DNA of 32,000 nucleotides from Corynebacterium amycolatum (GCF_049243625.1 NZ_CP046975.1); one strand, 5' to 3'. Positions 9,381 through 18,966 are shown, numbered from the stretch's first letter. Notes: generated by a model from the sequence alone, not told the origin. Translations and numbers: made by a program.

Positions 9381-10259
9381 ATGGCTAACATCCGCGAGGT
9401 ATTAGATCTGGAGCAGATTGACCGGGACATTTTCCGTGGCCCAGTCATTAAGTCAATCCTACAGCGCACTTTCGGTGGCCAAGTTGCCGGCCAGTCCCTC
9501 GTCGCGGCGACGCGCACGGTGGGTAATACCTTCGCGGTGAACTCCCTCCACGCCTACTTTGTAGGCCCGGGCCGCCCCCATATCCCGACGGTGTACATGG
9601 TCAAGCGAATTCGCGATGGCCGGTCTTTCTGCCACCGTTCCGTCGAAGCTGTGCAAGATGGCCGTACGATTTTCGTCATGCAGGTCAGCTTCCACCGTAA
9701 GGGGGATGAGGGACTCGAGCACTCTGACGTGATGCGCAAGGTGCCAGATCCTGAAGATGTGGTCACCGACACCTCTGAGATGACGAACACACGTCGTCTA
9801 CTAATGCGCGAGTGGGCGGACTGGGATATCCGGGTAGTGCCGGATGATCAGTTCGAACACAACAAATACACCCCGTCTCAGCAGCTGGTGTGGTTCCGGT
9901 GCAAGGATCGCCTGCCGGATAACGAGACCTTCCACGTCTGCACGCTGGCGTACATGTCGGATATGACTTTGCTGTCATCGGCACTCGTTCCGCATCCAGG
10001 CGTTGAGGTCCAGGAAGCCAGCCTCGACCACGCGATGTGGTTTATGCGTCCGTTCCGTGCGGATGAATGGCTGCTCTACGACCAGATTTCACCATCAGCG
10101 CATGCGGGTCGCGCACTGACTCACGGTCGCATTTTTAACCAAAAGGGCGAGCTCGTGGCCGTCGTCACGCAGGAAGGGCTGACCCGAAGCCTGGCCCCGG
10201 GTGTCGAGCCCGTGCCAGTGGCGACGAACTTCGATGCTCGCAGTGAGAACCTAGATTAA
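9381..10259 (+). CDS. tesB: Acyl-CoA thioesterase II
   Basis: 292 aa with the TesB-type N-terminus LDLEQIDRDIFRG and double hotdog length. The ATG lies 2 nt after the pdxS stop. Confidence 0.88.
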   Translation: MANIREVLDLEQIDRDIFRGPVIKSILQRTFGGQVAGQSLVAATRTVGNTFAVNSLHAYFVGPGRPHIPTVYMVKRIRDGRSFCHRSVEAVQDGRTIFVMQVSFHRKGDEGLEHSDVMRKVPDPEDVVTDTSEMTNTRRLLMREWADWDIRVVPDDQFEHNKYTPSQQLVWFRCKDRLPDNETFHVCTLAYMSDMTLLSSALVPHPGVEVQEASLDHAMWFMRPFRADEWLLYDQISPSAHAGRALTHGRIFNQKGELVAVVTQEGLTRSLAPGVEPVPVATNFDARSENLD

Positions 10260-10879
10260 TGACACAGGAAACAATCGGTATCCTCGCTCTTCAGGGCAAC
10301 GTTGCCGAACACGGATATGTCCTTGACCAGCTCGGCGTCCCGCACCGAAAGGTGCGCTTGCCCCGTGACCTGGAGGGACTTAGCGGCTTAATTTTGCCCG
10401 GCGGCGAGTCCACGACCATGAGCAAGTTGATGGTCTTCAATGAGCTTGAAGGCCCGCTGCGGGAAGCTCTCCGCGATGGCCTTCCGGCATATGGCACCTG
10501 CGCAGGCATGATTTTGCTTGCCGACGAAGTGCTCGATACCCGTCCGGATGCCGTAAACCTGCGAGCGATTGACATCACGGTCCGTCGTAACGCATTTGGC
10601 CGTCAGGTGGATTCCTTTGAAACTGACTTGGATATCCCGCAGCTGGCGATTGGTGGTGACCAGTCGTCTGTGCACGCCGCCTTTATTCGCGCCCCATGGG
10701 TCGAGCGTGTCGGCGACGACGTTGAGGTGCTAGCGCGGGTGCCAGAATCGGCTGGAGAGACCGCCGGTACAGTGGTCGGAGTACGGCAGGGGGCTGCGAT
10801 GGCCACCAGCTTTCACCCGGAGTCGACGGGGGAGACTCGGCTCCACGAGTTCTTTTTGCGAGAGCTTGTCGGAATTTAA
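10259..10879 (+). CDS. pdxT: Pyridoxal 5'-phosphate synthase, glutaminase subunit
   Basis: Contains GILALQGNVAEH, the nucleophile region GTCAGMILL, and FHPE. The ATG overlaps the tesB stop by 1 nt (TAATG). Confidence 0.95.
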   Translation: MTQETIGILALQGNVAEHGYVLDQLGVPHRKVRLPRDLEGLSGLILPGGESTTMSKLMVFNELEGPLREALRDGLPAYGTCAGMILLADEVLDTRPDAVNLRAIDITVRRNAFGRQVDSFETDLDIPQLAIGGDQSSVHAAFIRAPWVERVGDDVEVLARVPESAGETAGTVVGVRQGAAMATSFHPESTGETRLHEFFLRELVGI

Positions 10880-10891
10880 ATCCCCAGTTTG

Positions 10892-10897
10892 TATAAT
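10892..10897 (+). promoter_or_regulatory. Candidate -10 box (perfect TATAAT) for yebC
   Basis: tttgTATAATga lies about 60 nt upstream of the yebC ATG in an AT-richer spacer. The -35 is weak, as is usual for Corynebacterium. Confidence 0.4.
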
Positions 10898-10958
10898 GAA
10901 CACCTGACTAATTCCCAGCTATATGGGTATTGACGAGAGGATTGGTAGGAACTAGCAC

Positions 10959-11711
10959 ATGTCGGGTCATTCAAAATGGGCAACCACAAAGCACAAGAAA
11001 GCTGCTAATGACGCCAAGCGCGCCAAAGAGTGGGCAAAGATGATCAAGAACATCGAGGTCGCGGCTCGTACCGGCGGCGGTGATCCTGCTGGTAACCCCA
11101 CCCTCGATGACATGATCAAGAAGGCCAAGAAGGCCTCGGTTCCCAACGACAACATTGAGCGTGCCCGCAAGCGTGGTTCCGGCGAGGAGTCCGGCGGTGC
11201 TGACTGGGAGACCATTGTCTACGAAGGCTATGCACCTGGTGGCGTCGCTTTGATTGTGGAGTGCCTGACGGATAACCGTAACCGTGCTGCTTCCGATGTG
11301 CGCTCGGCGTTCAACAAGAACAACGGCAACATGGCGGACAACGGCGCCGTGGCGTACCTCTTCGAAAAGAAGGGTGTCGTCGAGTTGCCGAAGGGCGAGC
11401 TGACCGAGGATGACCTGCTCATGGCGGTTCTCGATGCCGGTGCAGAGGAAGTCAACGACCTGGGTGAAAAGTTCGAGGTTGTCTCCGCCTTTACCGATCT
11501 GATGAATGTCCGCACCGCTCTTGTCGATGCCGAAATGGAGTACGACTCCGCAGATCAGGACTACCGCGCTTCTACCACAGTCGCTCTCGATGCTGACGGC
11601 GCACGCAAGCTCTTCCGTCTGATTGACGCTCTCGAAGAGTCCGACGACGTGCAGAACGTCTACTCGAACGCCGACATCAGCGACGAGGTCATCGCCGAAC
11701 TCGACGACTAG
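10959..11711 (+). CDS. yebC: YebC/PmpR-family DNA-binding transcriptional regulator
   Basis: Hallmark N-terminus [21 protein letters not shown]. 250 aa. Confidence 0.95.
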   Translation: MSGHSKWATTKHKKAANDAKRAKEWAKMIKNIEVAARTGGGDPAGNPTLDDMIKKAKKASVPNDNIERARKRGSGEESGGADWETIVYEGYAPGGVALIVECLTDNRNRAASDVRSAFNKNNGNMADNGAVAYLFEKKGVVELPKGELTEDDLLMAVLDAGAEEVNDLGEKFEVVSAFTDLMNVRTALVDAEMEYDSADQDYRASTTVALDADGARKLFRLIDALEESDDVQNVYSNADISDEVIAELDD

Positions 11712-11820
11712 GCGTTTTTTGTCGACGGTTCTGCTGACTGGCTTCTCGGCGTTAAAGGGTGCCCGTGGTAGGGCAGTCGGCAACGCTGAATTGCTCGGCG
11801 AGCTGGTGTCAACAGGAAGT

Positions 11821-11858
11821 CCCCATCGGAAAGCAGTCCGATGGGGATTGGTTTTTTT
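11821..11858 (+). terminator. Rho-independent terminator between convergent yebC and the DUF3817 gene
   Basis: A perfect 10-bp stem pairs ccccatcgga with tccgatgggg around loop aagcag. It is followed by attggttttttt. The U-tract is only on the + side. Confidence 0.8.
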
Positions 11859-11867
11859 ATGGGCGTC

Positions 11868-12332
11868 CTAGGAGAACCACTGAGTCGGAGGTCCGGCCAT
11901 CAGCAACAGTGTGAAGACCACCGCGAGAACAATCAAGATGACGAACGCCGAGATAAAGGGGCGACGAATAATCATGGCGAGTGCCCACTCGAATATGCCC
12001 TGTGGCTCCTCGGATTCGTCGGTAAAGCGCCAGGGCCGATCCAGAAGGCCTGCCTTCAGGGTGTTTCGTTCAAACGGATAGGTTGCGAATGGAATGATAG
12101 AAGAGGCGAGGCCGATGACACCGCGGCCAAAGCTCCACTGCTGGTTGATCCACACCATGATGGTGGTGACTACGTAGCACAGGAACGTAAAGCCGTGGAT
12201 GGTGCCGAAGATAGTGGTGGCGGCGTCAGTGACTTTGAACAGGTACTTCAGCGCCAGGCCTAAAAGCAGCAGAGCCCACGTGACCATTTCAGCTGCAGCG
12301 AGAACGCCGTAGAGCTTCTTCGGTGAATTCAT
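11868..12332 (-). CDS. DUF3817-like integral membrane protein
   Basis: 154 aa with about 4 TM helices ([31 protein letters not shown], and others). The opposite-strand ORF is Arg/Asp-rich and implausible. Confidence 0.75.
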   Translation of the reverse strand: MNSPKKLYGVLAAAEMVTWALLLLGLALKYLFKVTDAATTIFGTIHGFTFLCYVVTTIMVWINQQWSFGRGVIGLASSIIPFATYPFERNTLKAGLLDRPWRFTDESEEPQGIFEWALAMIIRRPFISAFVILIVLAVVFTLLLMAGPPTQWFS

Positions 12333-12381
12333 GGTGTTAAACGTATCAGAACCAACGGTTGGTACTCCTTCTAGCTACGAT

Positions 12382-12397
12382 ACAAACAGCTGTTCGA
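12382..12397. promoter_or_regulatory. Putative LexA (SOS) box upstream of ruvC
   Basis: ACAAACAGCTGTTCGA compares with the actinobacterial TCGAAC-N4-GTTCGA type. The right half-site is perfect and the left has 2 mismatches. The core AACAGCTGTT is a perfect 10-bp palindrome. It sits immediately upstream of a TAnnnT -10 candidate, TATGGT (12400-12405). Confidence 0.5.
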
Positions 12398-12417
12398 AAT
12401 ATGGTATTAGTGGAGGA

Positions 12418-13005
12418 GTGAATTATCGAGCTGGATCTCTGCGGGTGATGGGCATCGACCCTGGCCTTACTCGTTGTGGTCTCTCCATTGCGGAAGGTAC
12501 TCAGGGCAGGAAAGTCATTCCCATTGCTGTGGGGGTCGCCCGCACACCAACCACGGCGTCGTTGGAGGATCGTCTTTTACGGCTTTCCAATGCCGTGGAG
12601 CAGTGGATGGATGAGTACGAGCCGGACGTGGTTGCGATGGAACGGGTATTCGAACGCGGCAACGTGTCCACCGTGATGCAGACGGCGCACGCGGTTGGTG
12701 TCCTTGTCCTCGCTGCGGCGAGACGCGGCTTGGAAGTGCATATGTACACGCCATCGGAGGTAAAGAAGGCGCTCACCGGCAACGGTCGAGCTGATAAGAA
12801 GCAGATGACCATGATGGTGACGAGAATCCTTGGGTTGGAAACTCCGCCAAAACCTGCAGATGCAGCGGATGCTTTGGCTATCGCTATCTGCCACTGTTGG
12901 CGTGGTCCGGTTCTGCAACGCCAGCGCGACACCTTGGCTGCGCTTGCGAAGCAGCACGAGGAGCGGGAGTTGGAGCTTTCTCGCCGTGAGAATCCCTCGC
13001 GGTAG
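12418..13005 (+). CDS. ruvC: Crossover junction endodeoxyribonuclease RuvC
   Basis: Contains [13 protein letters not shown] (catalytic Asp), VVAMERVF and [10 protein letters not shown]. The start is uncertain: GTG 12418, GTG 12445 or ATG 12448. The track's 12331 start would overlap the divergent gene and is unlikely. Confidence 0.9.
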   Translation: MNYRAGSLRVMGIDPGLTRCGLSIAEGTQGRKVIPIAVGVARTPTTASLEDRLLRLSNAVEQWMDEYEPDVVAMERVFERGNVSTVMQTAHAVGVLVLAAARRGLEVHMYTPSEVKKALTGNGRADKKQMTMMVTRILGLETPPKPADAADALAIAICHCWRGPVLQRQRDTLAALAKQHEERELELSRRENPSR

Positions 13006-13087
13006 GGGAGCTTGCTAGAGAACACTTGTGAGTTCGGCGTTTATCGCGGTGTCTTCAGGGAAGCCGTAGTGAAAGGAATTGTGAGAA

Positions 13088-13708
13088 GTGATTGCATCTC
13101 TTCGCGGTGAAGTTATCGACCTCGGTGCGGACTATTGCGTTATCGAGTGCGGTGGTGTCGGGCATTTGGTCACCATTACAGGCAGGCTAGCTTCCCAGTT
13201 GGTGAGGCATGAGCAGACTTTTATGTTGACCACAATGGCGGTTCGTGAAGACGCGATTACGCTCTTTGGTTTTGCCAATTCACAGGAACGTGAGATGTTT
13301 GCGCTCCTGCGCACTGTCTCGACGGTGGGGCCAAAGGTCGCGATGTCTGTTCTTTCGGTACTGTCGCCGGCGGAGATTGCCAATGCGGTCGCCTCAAAGA
13401 ATGCGAAGGCCTTGCAAGCAGCTAACGGCGTCGGCAAGCGATTGGCGGAGCGCCTGTTGGTTGAATTGAAGGATAAGGTCGAGGTTTTCGCGGACAGGGC
13501 GGTATCGCCGCCGGAGGAAGCTGCAAACGGAGCAGCACCTGGCCTTGTTTTGAAGGCAGATCTGGATCAGGTCGTTGGTGCTTTGGTCGGGCTTGGGTTC
13601 CCGGAAGTTGACGCGAATGAGGCAGCGGAGACCGTTGTTCGGATTGATCCGACCTTGGATACTTCAATGGCGCTGAAGGCGGCGCTAAAGACATTGGGTG
13701 ACAAGTAA
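13088..13708 (+). CDS. ruvA: Holliday junction branch migration complex subunit RuvA
   Basis: Begins MIASLRGEV. HhH region LLRTVSTVGPKVAMSVLS and GVGKRLAERL is present. GTG start with SD gaaagga. Confidence 0.95.
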   Translation: MIASLRGEVIDLGADYCVIECGGVGHLVTITGRLASQLVRHEQTFMLTTMAVREDAITLFGFANSQEREMFALLRTVSTVGPKVAMSVLSVLSPAEIANAVASKNAKALQAANGVGKRLAERLLVELKDKVEVFADRAVSPPEEAANGAAPGLVLKADLDQVVGALVGLGFPEVDANEAAETVVRIDPTLDTSMALKAALKTLGDK

Positions 13709-13774
13709 ATCCAGGTCGAGGACCTGCAGCTACATTGATGATGAAAATTGGCAGTGCACTAGGATGAGGGGACT

Positions 13775-14887
13775 ATGAGCGATATCGAGCGCACGGAGTT
13801 TAACGTGTCGGGCAATCCCTTCAGGGACTCTTTAGGTGGGGAAGCCAACGACCATTTTGGCGGTGGTGGAAATGGTGTACAACGTGATGTCGATGCCCGC
13901 GCTCAGGTCGAGGAAGCCGATGCGGAATCGAACCTGCGACCAAAGTCGTTAGGGGAGTTCATCGGCCAACCCAAGGTCCGCGAACAGCTGGATTTAGTGC
14001 TTTCCGGGGCACGGGGGCGAAATGTGACTCCGGACCACATTCTGTTGTCGGGACCTCCCGGGCTGGGTAAGACCACCATGGCCATGATTATTGCGCAGGA
14101 GATGGGGAGCTCCCTGCGAATGACCTCCGGTCCGGCGCTTATTCGCGCTGGCGATTTGGCAGCAATGCTGTCGAACCTGCTCGAGGGTGATGTCCTGTTT
14201 ATCGATGAGATTCACCGCATTGCCAGGCCAGTGGAAGAAATGCTGTACATGGCAATGGAAGATTTCCGTATTGATGTCATCGTAGGCAAAGGGCCTGGAG
14301 CTACGTCGATTCCACTCGAGATTCCACCATTCACGTTGGTCGGTGCGACGACGCGCTCGGGTATGCTGACTGGCCCACTGCGTGACCGCTTTGGTTTTAC
14401 CGCGCAGATGGAGTTCTATGAGGTCGAAGATCTGACAAAGGTGGTTACCCGTGCCGCTGGGATCCTCGGGGTAGACATCAGCCCGGAGGCTGCAGTGGAG
14501 ATTGCGTCGCGTTCGCGCGGTACACCGCGAATTGCCAACCGCCTGCTGCGTCGCGTCCGCGATTTCGCCGATGTCCACTCCGGTGGCGTTATTGATCTTG
14601 GTGCGGCCAAGGCGGCATTGATTGTCTTCGATGTCGATGAGCTGGGGCTCGACCGTCTGGATCGGGCAGTGCTGACGGCCCTGGTCAAGGGGCACGGTGG
14701 CGGCCCTGTGGGCGTGAATTCCCTGGCGTTGGCAGTGGGTGAGGAGCCCTCGACTGTGGAAGAAGTGTGCGAGCCCTACCTGGTCCGTGCCGGGATGATT
14801 GCACGTACATCGCGCGGACGCGTGGCAACTGCCCGAGCATGGCGGCACTTGGGGCTGCAGCCCCCGGAGGGAACTATCGGAGAATAG
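13775..14887 (+). CDS. ruvB: Holliday junction DNA helicase RuvB
   Basis: Contains [12 protein letters not shown], Walker [10 protein letters not shown], Walker B FIDEIHR and [15 protein letters not shown]. Confidence 0.97.
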   Translation: MSDIERTEFNVSGNPFRDSLGGEANDHFGGGGNGVQRDVDARAQVEEADAESNLRPKSLGEFIGQPKVREQLDLVLSGARGRNVTPDHILLSGPPGLGKTTMAMIIAQEMGSSLRMTSGPALIRAGDLAAMLSNLLEGDVLFIDEIHRIARPVEEMLYMAMEDFRIDVIVGKGPGATSIPLEIPPFTLVGATTRSGMLTGPLRDRFGFTAQMEFYEVEDLTKVVTRAAGILGVDISPEAAVEIASRSRGTPRIANRLLRRVRDFADVHSGGVIDLGAAKAALIVFDVDELGLDRLDRAVLTALVKGHGGGPVGVNSLALAVGEEPSTVEEVCEPYLVRAGMIARTSRGRVATARAWRHLGLQPPEGTIGE

Positions 14888-14953
14888 CTTTCTCATCGAC
14901 CCGCCCGGGTCAGTGTGGAATTGCTAGCTGGCAATTCGTTAAACTCGGCAGAC

Positions 14954-15418
14954 ATGAATCAAACTATTCTCCTCCTACTTATTTTCTTGTTCCTGGCGCT
15001 GCCAATTTGGCAGATCATCAAGCAGAACAAGCAGGTGCGCACCATCCGGGACATGCAGGATAAGTTGGCCCCGGGCGCGGAGGTCATCACCGGTTCCGGT
15101 ATGCATGGTGTGGTCGTTGATGCGACCGAAACAACCGTCGACCTAATCATCGCTGACGGCATCGTGACCCGTTGGGAAAAGGGTGCCATTGCCCGCAACC
15201 TCACCACCGGTACCGGAGCTAGCTACGCTCACCGTGATCGACGTGGCCGTGTTTCCGATGCGCCAGATGACCACGTCGGCGATGTTCAAGAAATCACCGG
15301 CCACGGCCCGGCTGACAATAAAGCTTCGGACATCAATGAGCAGGTCGAGAACCCGAATACCCCGAGTAATCCGGATACCTCGGATCCAGACGGATCCACT
15401 TCCACCGAGAAGCAGTAG
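14954..15418 (+). CDS. yajC: Preprotein translocase subunit YajC with a long acidic C-terminal tail
   Basis: ATG 14954 gives an N-terminal TM helix (ILLLLIFLFLALPIW) followed by the YajC core LAPGAEVITGSGMHGVVV. The track's GTG 14915 adds 13 non-homologous residues. Confidence 0.88.
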   Translation: MNQTILLLLIFLFLALPIWQIIKQNKQVRTIRDMQDKLAPGAEVITGSGMHGVVVDATETTVDLIIADGIVTRWEKGAIARNLTTGTGASYAHRDRRGRVSDAPDDHVGDVQEITGHGPADNKASDINEQVENPNTPSNPDTSDPDGSTSTEKQ

Positions 15419-15430
15419 CAGTTTTCGTAC

Positions 15431-15523
15431 GCCCACGCCCTGCCGGTTTGCATGCATCCAAGCTGTAGCGTGCGCCGTGGGGCTACGGGCGCGCCCCAGG
15501 TTTCGCCGTCGGCAAGCGTGGGC
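15431..15523 (+). other. GC-rich compound stem-loop just 3' of yajC (possible terminator, processing site or structured RNA)
   Basis: The outer helix pairs gcccacgc (15431-15438) with gcgtgggc (15516-15523), and tgccg (15441-15445) with cggca (15510-15514). Inner alternative hairpins are ctgtagc/gctacgg or tggggc/gcccca. The element is followed by aagattttc. Confidence 0.4.
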
Positions 15524-15727
15524 AAGATTTTCACTAAATAGGTACAAGTCAAAACCGGCGCAGGCCGCTAAATCGGTTATTCTCGAGCGGTTGGTGTTTA
15601 TAGCTTTGCTTAGCGACGCCCGCAATGCCCCTGCCTGGTATCGCGCGAGTTCGCGGTGTGGTTATAGACATGCGTTTCTTCCCGAAGCGCTTAAGTACCT
15701 AAACGTCACGATTCAGGAGACTTTGCT

Positions 15728-17653
15728 TTGAACAGCAAATCCAGATCCGGTGCGAATACATTCAAGAGGAACTGGCCGCAGTGGCTGTTGGCACTGTTTG
15801 TTGGCTTCCTCATTCTTACGTACGCACTCGTCTTTTTCACCGGCGGCGGATCAGCCAAGCCAAAGTTGGGCATCGACTTGCAGGGTGGTACCCGAGTAAC
15901 CCTGGTACCGCAGGGCGAAAAGCCGACGCGCGATCAGCTGGACCAGGCTCGCAAGATTCTGGAGAACCGCGTAAACGGCATGGGCGTCAGTGGCGCTCAA
16001 GTTGTCACCGACGGTGACACGCTGGTCATTACCGTGCCGGGTGAAGACTCACAGGAGGCGCGTACGCTCGGCCAGACCTCGCAGCTCTTCTTCCGTCCGG
16101 TAGAGCAGCCCACGCAGGGCCCTGATGAGGCTGCCTTTGGCGAGGTAGTTAAGAAGACTGCTGAAGATTGGGTGTCAGTCGGTGTCCTGTCGAAGGAGGA
16201 TGCCACCAAGCGCGTCGATGACCTGTACAAGGACATGAATGAAACGCAGAAGCGTGCAATTGATGCCTTCAAGGAACAGAACCCGGACCAGCCGGTCCCG
16301 GAGGAATTGTCCACGTCGCTGGGCGAGGCCCCGAAGCTGGACGCAACGGCTCCGGCAAAGCCGGCGAACTCGATTGAAGCGGCAGAGCTGCGTACGAAGG
16401 TTCGTGACGTGCTGTTGGCGACTCGCCAGTCCGAAGATCCAACGACACAGTTTGCAGCCGCTGCGCTAATGACCTGCGATAACCGCGATGCAGTTGATTC
16501 GCTACAGGGTGCCGATGACCCGGCCAAGCCGCTGGTGACCTGTGCGCCAGAAGGCGGTAAGGCAATCTTCCTGGGCAAGGCTCCGCTGCTGATTGGGCAG
16601 AACGACGAGGCCAAGGGCCAGCGTCTGTCCGGTGACGCTATTGATACTAACGCGCCGATTACCGGTGGCTACGATCAGCAGTCTGGTCAGATTCAGGTCT
16701 CCTTTAGCTTCAAGTCCGGTAAGAACGACACCGGCGCTCGCACATGGACCAAGTTGACCAATGACTACCTGCAGCGGCAGGTCGCTATCGTGTTGGACTC
16801 GAAGGTCATTTCCGCCCCGGTGATTCAGGAGGCAACCCCGGTCGGTTCAGCTACTCGAATCACGGGTGATTTCACTATCGATGAGGCACAGGCGCTGGCG
16901 AATAACTTGCGTTACGGCGCACTGCCACTGTCCTTCGCAGGTGAGGACGGCGAGCCGGGCGGTACCACTACGACCATTCCAGCCATGCTGGGGTCGGCCT
17001 CCCTGGAGGCCGGTCTGCTTGCCGGCATTATCGGTATTGCTCTGATTGTCGTCTACGCAATCGTTCTTTACCGAGGCCTCGGAGCCATCTCGCTGGTTTC
17101 ACTGGCAGCAGCTGGTGCGATGGTCTACGGCGTGCTTGTGCTGCTCGGTCGCTGGATTGGCTACTCACTCGATCTCGCTGGTATCGCCGGTATCATCATT
17201 TCCATCGGCGTGACAGCTGACTCCTTTATCGTCTTCTTCGAACGCATTAAGGATGAGATTCGTGCGGGTAGGACATTCCGCTCTGCGGTACCCCATGCTT
17301 GGCGACGAGCACGGCGTACGATCCTGTCGGGTAACTTTGTGTCCATCATTGCGGCTGTGGTCCTCTACATCCTGGCTGTTGGCGATGTGCGTGGTTTCGC
17401 ATTCACGCTTGGTCTTTCCACGGCATTCGATATTGTGACCGCCTTCCTGGTGACTGCGCCACTGGTCATTCTGGCTACTCGCAAGTGGCCGGCACTGTCC
17501 AAACCATCCATGAACGGCTTTGGTTCAGTCATGGAGGTCGCTAACAGGAACAAGTCCGTAGCTACCGGTAAAAAGGCTGTCACCTCCAATGCAGCCGCCA
17601 GTGCAGTTGCCGACACCGGTTCGGCTGACTCCGGCGCGAATGAGGGGAAGTAG
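15728..17653 (+). CDS. secD: Protein translocase subunit SecD
   Basis: 641 aa. Contains LGIDLQGGTRV and a C-terminal 6-TM bundle. TTG start with SD aggaga 7 nt upstream. Confidence 0.95.
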   Translation: MNSKSRSGANTFKRNWPQWLLALFVGFLILTYALVFFTGGGSAKPKLGIDLQGGTRVTLVPQGEKPTRDQLDQARKILENRVNGMGVSGAQVVTDGDTLVITVPGEDSQEARTLGQTSQLFFRPVEQPTQGPDEAAFGEVVKKTAEDWVSVGVLSKEDATKRVDDLYKDMNETQKRAIDAFKEQNPDQPVPEELSTSLGEAPKLDATAPAKPANSIEAAELRTKVRDVLLATRQSEDPTTQFAAAALMTCDNRDAVDSLQGADDPAKPLVTCAPEGGKAIFLGKAPLLIGQNDEAKGQRLSGDAIDTNAPITGGYDQQSGQIQVSFSFKSGKNDTGARTWTKLTNDYLQRQVAIVLDSKVISAPVIQEATPVGSATRITGDFTIDEAQALANNLRYGALPLSFAGEDGEPGGTTTTIPAMLGSASLEAGLLAGIIGIALIVVYAIVLYRGLGAISLVSLAAAGAMVYGVLVLLGRWIGYSLDLAGIAGIIISIGVTADSFIVFFERIKDEIRAGRTFRSAVPHAWRRARRTILSGNFVSIIAAVVLYILAVGDVRGFAFTLGLSTAFDIVTAFLVTAPLVILATRKWPALSKPSMNGFGSVMEVANRNKSVATGKKAVTSNAAASAVADTGSADSGANEGK

Positions 17654-17659
17654 GAATCC

Positions 17660-18877
17660 ATGAATACTACTCAGACGAATCCGGCGCTGACTAGTGAAAA
17701 TGACGCGGCTAACGAGGACTCATTCTTCCGCCGCCTCTACACCGGCGAGGGTGGAATCAATATCGTCGGTAAGCGGAAGCGCTGGTACCAGATTGCGATT
17801 GCCGTCATTGTCGTTGCGTTAGCATCGATGCTGATTCGAGGGTTCAGCTTCGGTATCGATTTCGAGGGCGGCACCAAGATGACTATGCCGCCTGCGTCAG
17901 TGACGACTGAACAGGCTGAGGAGGTCTTCACCGACGCCACCGGCGTCAAGCCGGAGTTGGTGCAGATCATCGGTTCTGGCGAAGGCCGCATTCTGGAAAT
18001 CACCTCAGAGAAGCTGACCCAGGGCGAGATTAATGATGCTCGCGTCGCACTGAACGACGCATTCAAACCCGTCGACGCACAGGGGGAGCAGACCCCGGAT
18101 GCGATTGGTGACTCGACCGTTTCGGAATCGTGGGGCTCGTCGATTACCAACCGCATGCTGCTGGCTGCAGTAGTGTTCTTGGGCTTGGTATTCGCCTACA
18201 TCACTATCCGCTTCGAGCGTGACATGGCCATTTCTGCCATCCTCGCCCTGGCCGTGGACGCAATCGTGATTATGGGCATCTACGCGCTGATCGGCCTTGA
18301 TGTCACCCCGGCCACCATTATCGGTCTCCTGACCGTGCTGTCGTTCTCGCTGTACGACACCGTCGTGGTCTTCGACAAAGTCGACGAGAATACGGCAGGA
18401 TATCGTTCATCGACACGTAGAAGTTACGCCGAGCTGGTGAATCTGGCTGTCAACCAAACCATCATGCGTTCTATAAACACCACAGTGTCGACGCTGCTGC
18501 CAATCCTGGCACTGATGATTATCGCCGTGGGCATGCTGGGTGTCGGTACGCTGAAGGATTTGGCGCTGGTTCAGCTCATCGGCATTATTCAGGGCACGTT
18601 CTCCTCGATTTTCCTGGCTTCGCCGCTGTTGGTAACGCTCAAGTCGCGTCAGCGTGAATACCGCAAGCATGACGAGGCGGTACTGTCTGCTCGCGCAAAG
18701 GCATCTGAGCGGGCCGGATCGGACACCGATTCCGCCACTGCTGATGTCGCGGAGGACTTGGGCGCGAAGGAATCGTCTGCAAGCGAAATGGAACAGTCGA
18801 CGCCGAAACGAACGGTGAAGACCCCGAAGCTTAAGGGCGATGAAGACAAGCCGCTGTCCTGGCGTCCGGGGCAGTAG
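17660..18877 (+). CDS. secF: Protein translocase subunit SecF
   Basis: Contains FGIDFEGGTKM, a TM bundle, and a disordered acidic C-terminal tail as in other actinobacteria. The ATG lies 6 nt after the secD stop. Confidence 0.95.
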   Translation: MNTTQTNPALTSENDAANEDSFFRRLYTGEGGINIVGKRKRWYQIAIAVIVVALASMLIRGFSFGIDFEGGTKMTMPPASVTTEQAEEVFTDATGVKPELVQIIGSGEGRILEITSEKLTQGEINDARVALNDAFKPVDAQGEQTPDAIGDSTVSESWGSSITNRMLLAAVVFLGLVFAYITIRFERDMAISAILALAVDAIVIMGIYALIGLDVTPATIIGLLTVLSFSLYDTVVVFDKVDENTAGYRSSTRRSYAELVNLAVNQTIMRSINTTVSTLLPILALMIIAVGMLGVGTLKDLALVQLIGIIQGTFSSIFLASPLLVTLKSRQREYRKHDEAVLSARAKASERAGSDTDSATADVAEDLGAKESSASEMEQSTPKRTVKTPKLKGDEDKPLSWRPGQ

Positions 18878-18926
18878 GAGGTAGCACCTCCCAGTGGTTC
18901 GGGTGAAACTACTTTAAAAGCGCATT

Positions 18927-18966
18927 GTGCGGGTATCGTTGACAGGTACCCGCACTTTTTCTTTTT
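18927..18966 (+). terminator. Rho-independent terminator after secF
   Basis: A 9-bp stem pairs gtgcgggta (18927-18935) with tacccgcac (18947-18955). It is followed by tttttcttttt. Confidence 0.8.

Noticed and set aside
10971-11783. 270-aa ORF antisense to yebC
   Set aside because: Shadow ORF. The sense strand has the hallmark YebC N-terminus.
11841-12263. 140-aa + strand ORF overlapping the DUF3817 gene
   Set aside because: The product is highly charged (Asp/Glu/Arg/Gly-rich) and implausible. It would also start inside the yebC terminator. The - strand frame encodes a coherent 4-TM protein.
12331-12417. N-terminal extension of the ruvC ORF offered by the track (start 12331)
   Set aside because: It would overlap the start of the divergent gene and swallow the promoter and the putative SOS box. 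RuvC homologues begin just before the MGIDPG motif.
13994-14896. 300-aa ORF antisense to ruvB
   Set aside because: Shadow ORF. The sense strand has the RuvB Walker motifs.
15183-15731. 182-aa + strand ORF running from inside yajC across the whole yajC-secD spacer
   Set aside because: It is out of frame with yajC and has no ATG or credible start within the spacer. The product is Arg/Pro/Ser-rich. I treat the spacer as non-coding, though the open frame is noted in the spacer finding.
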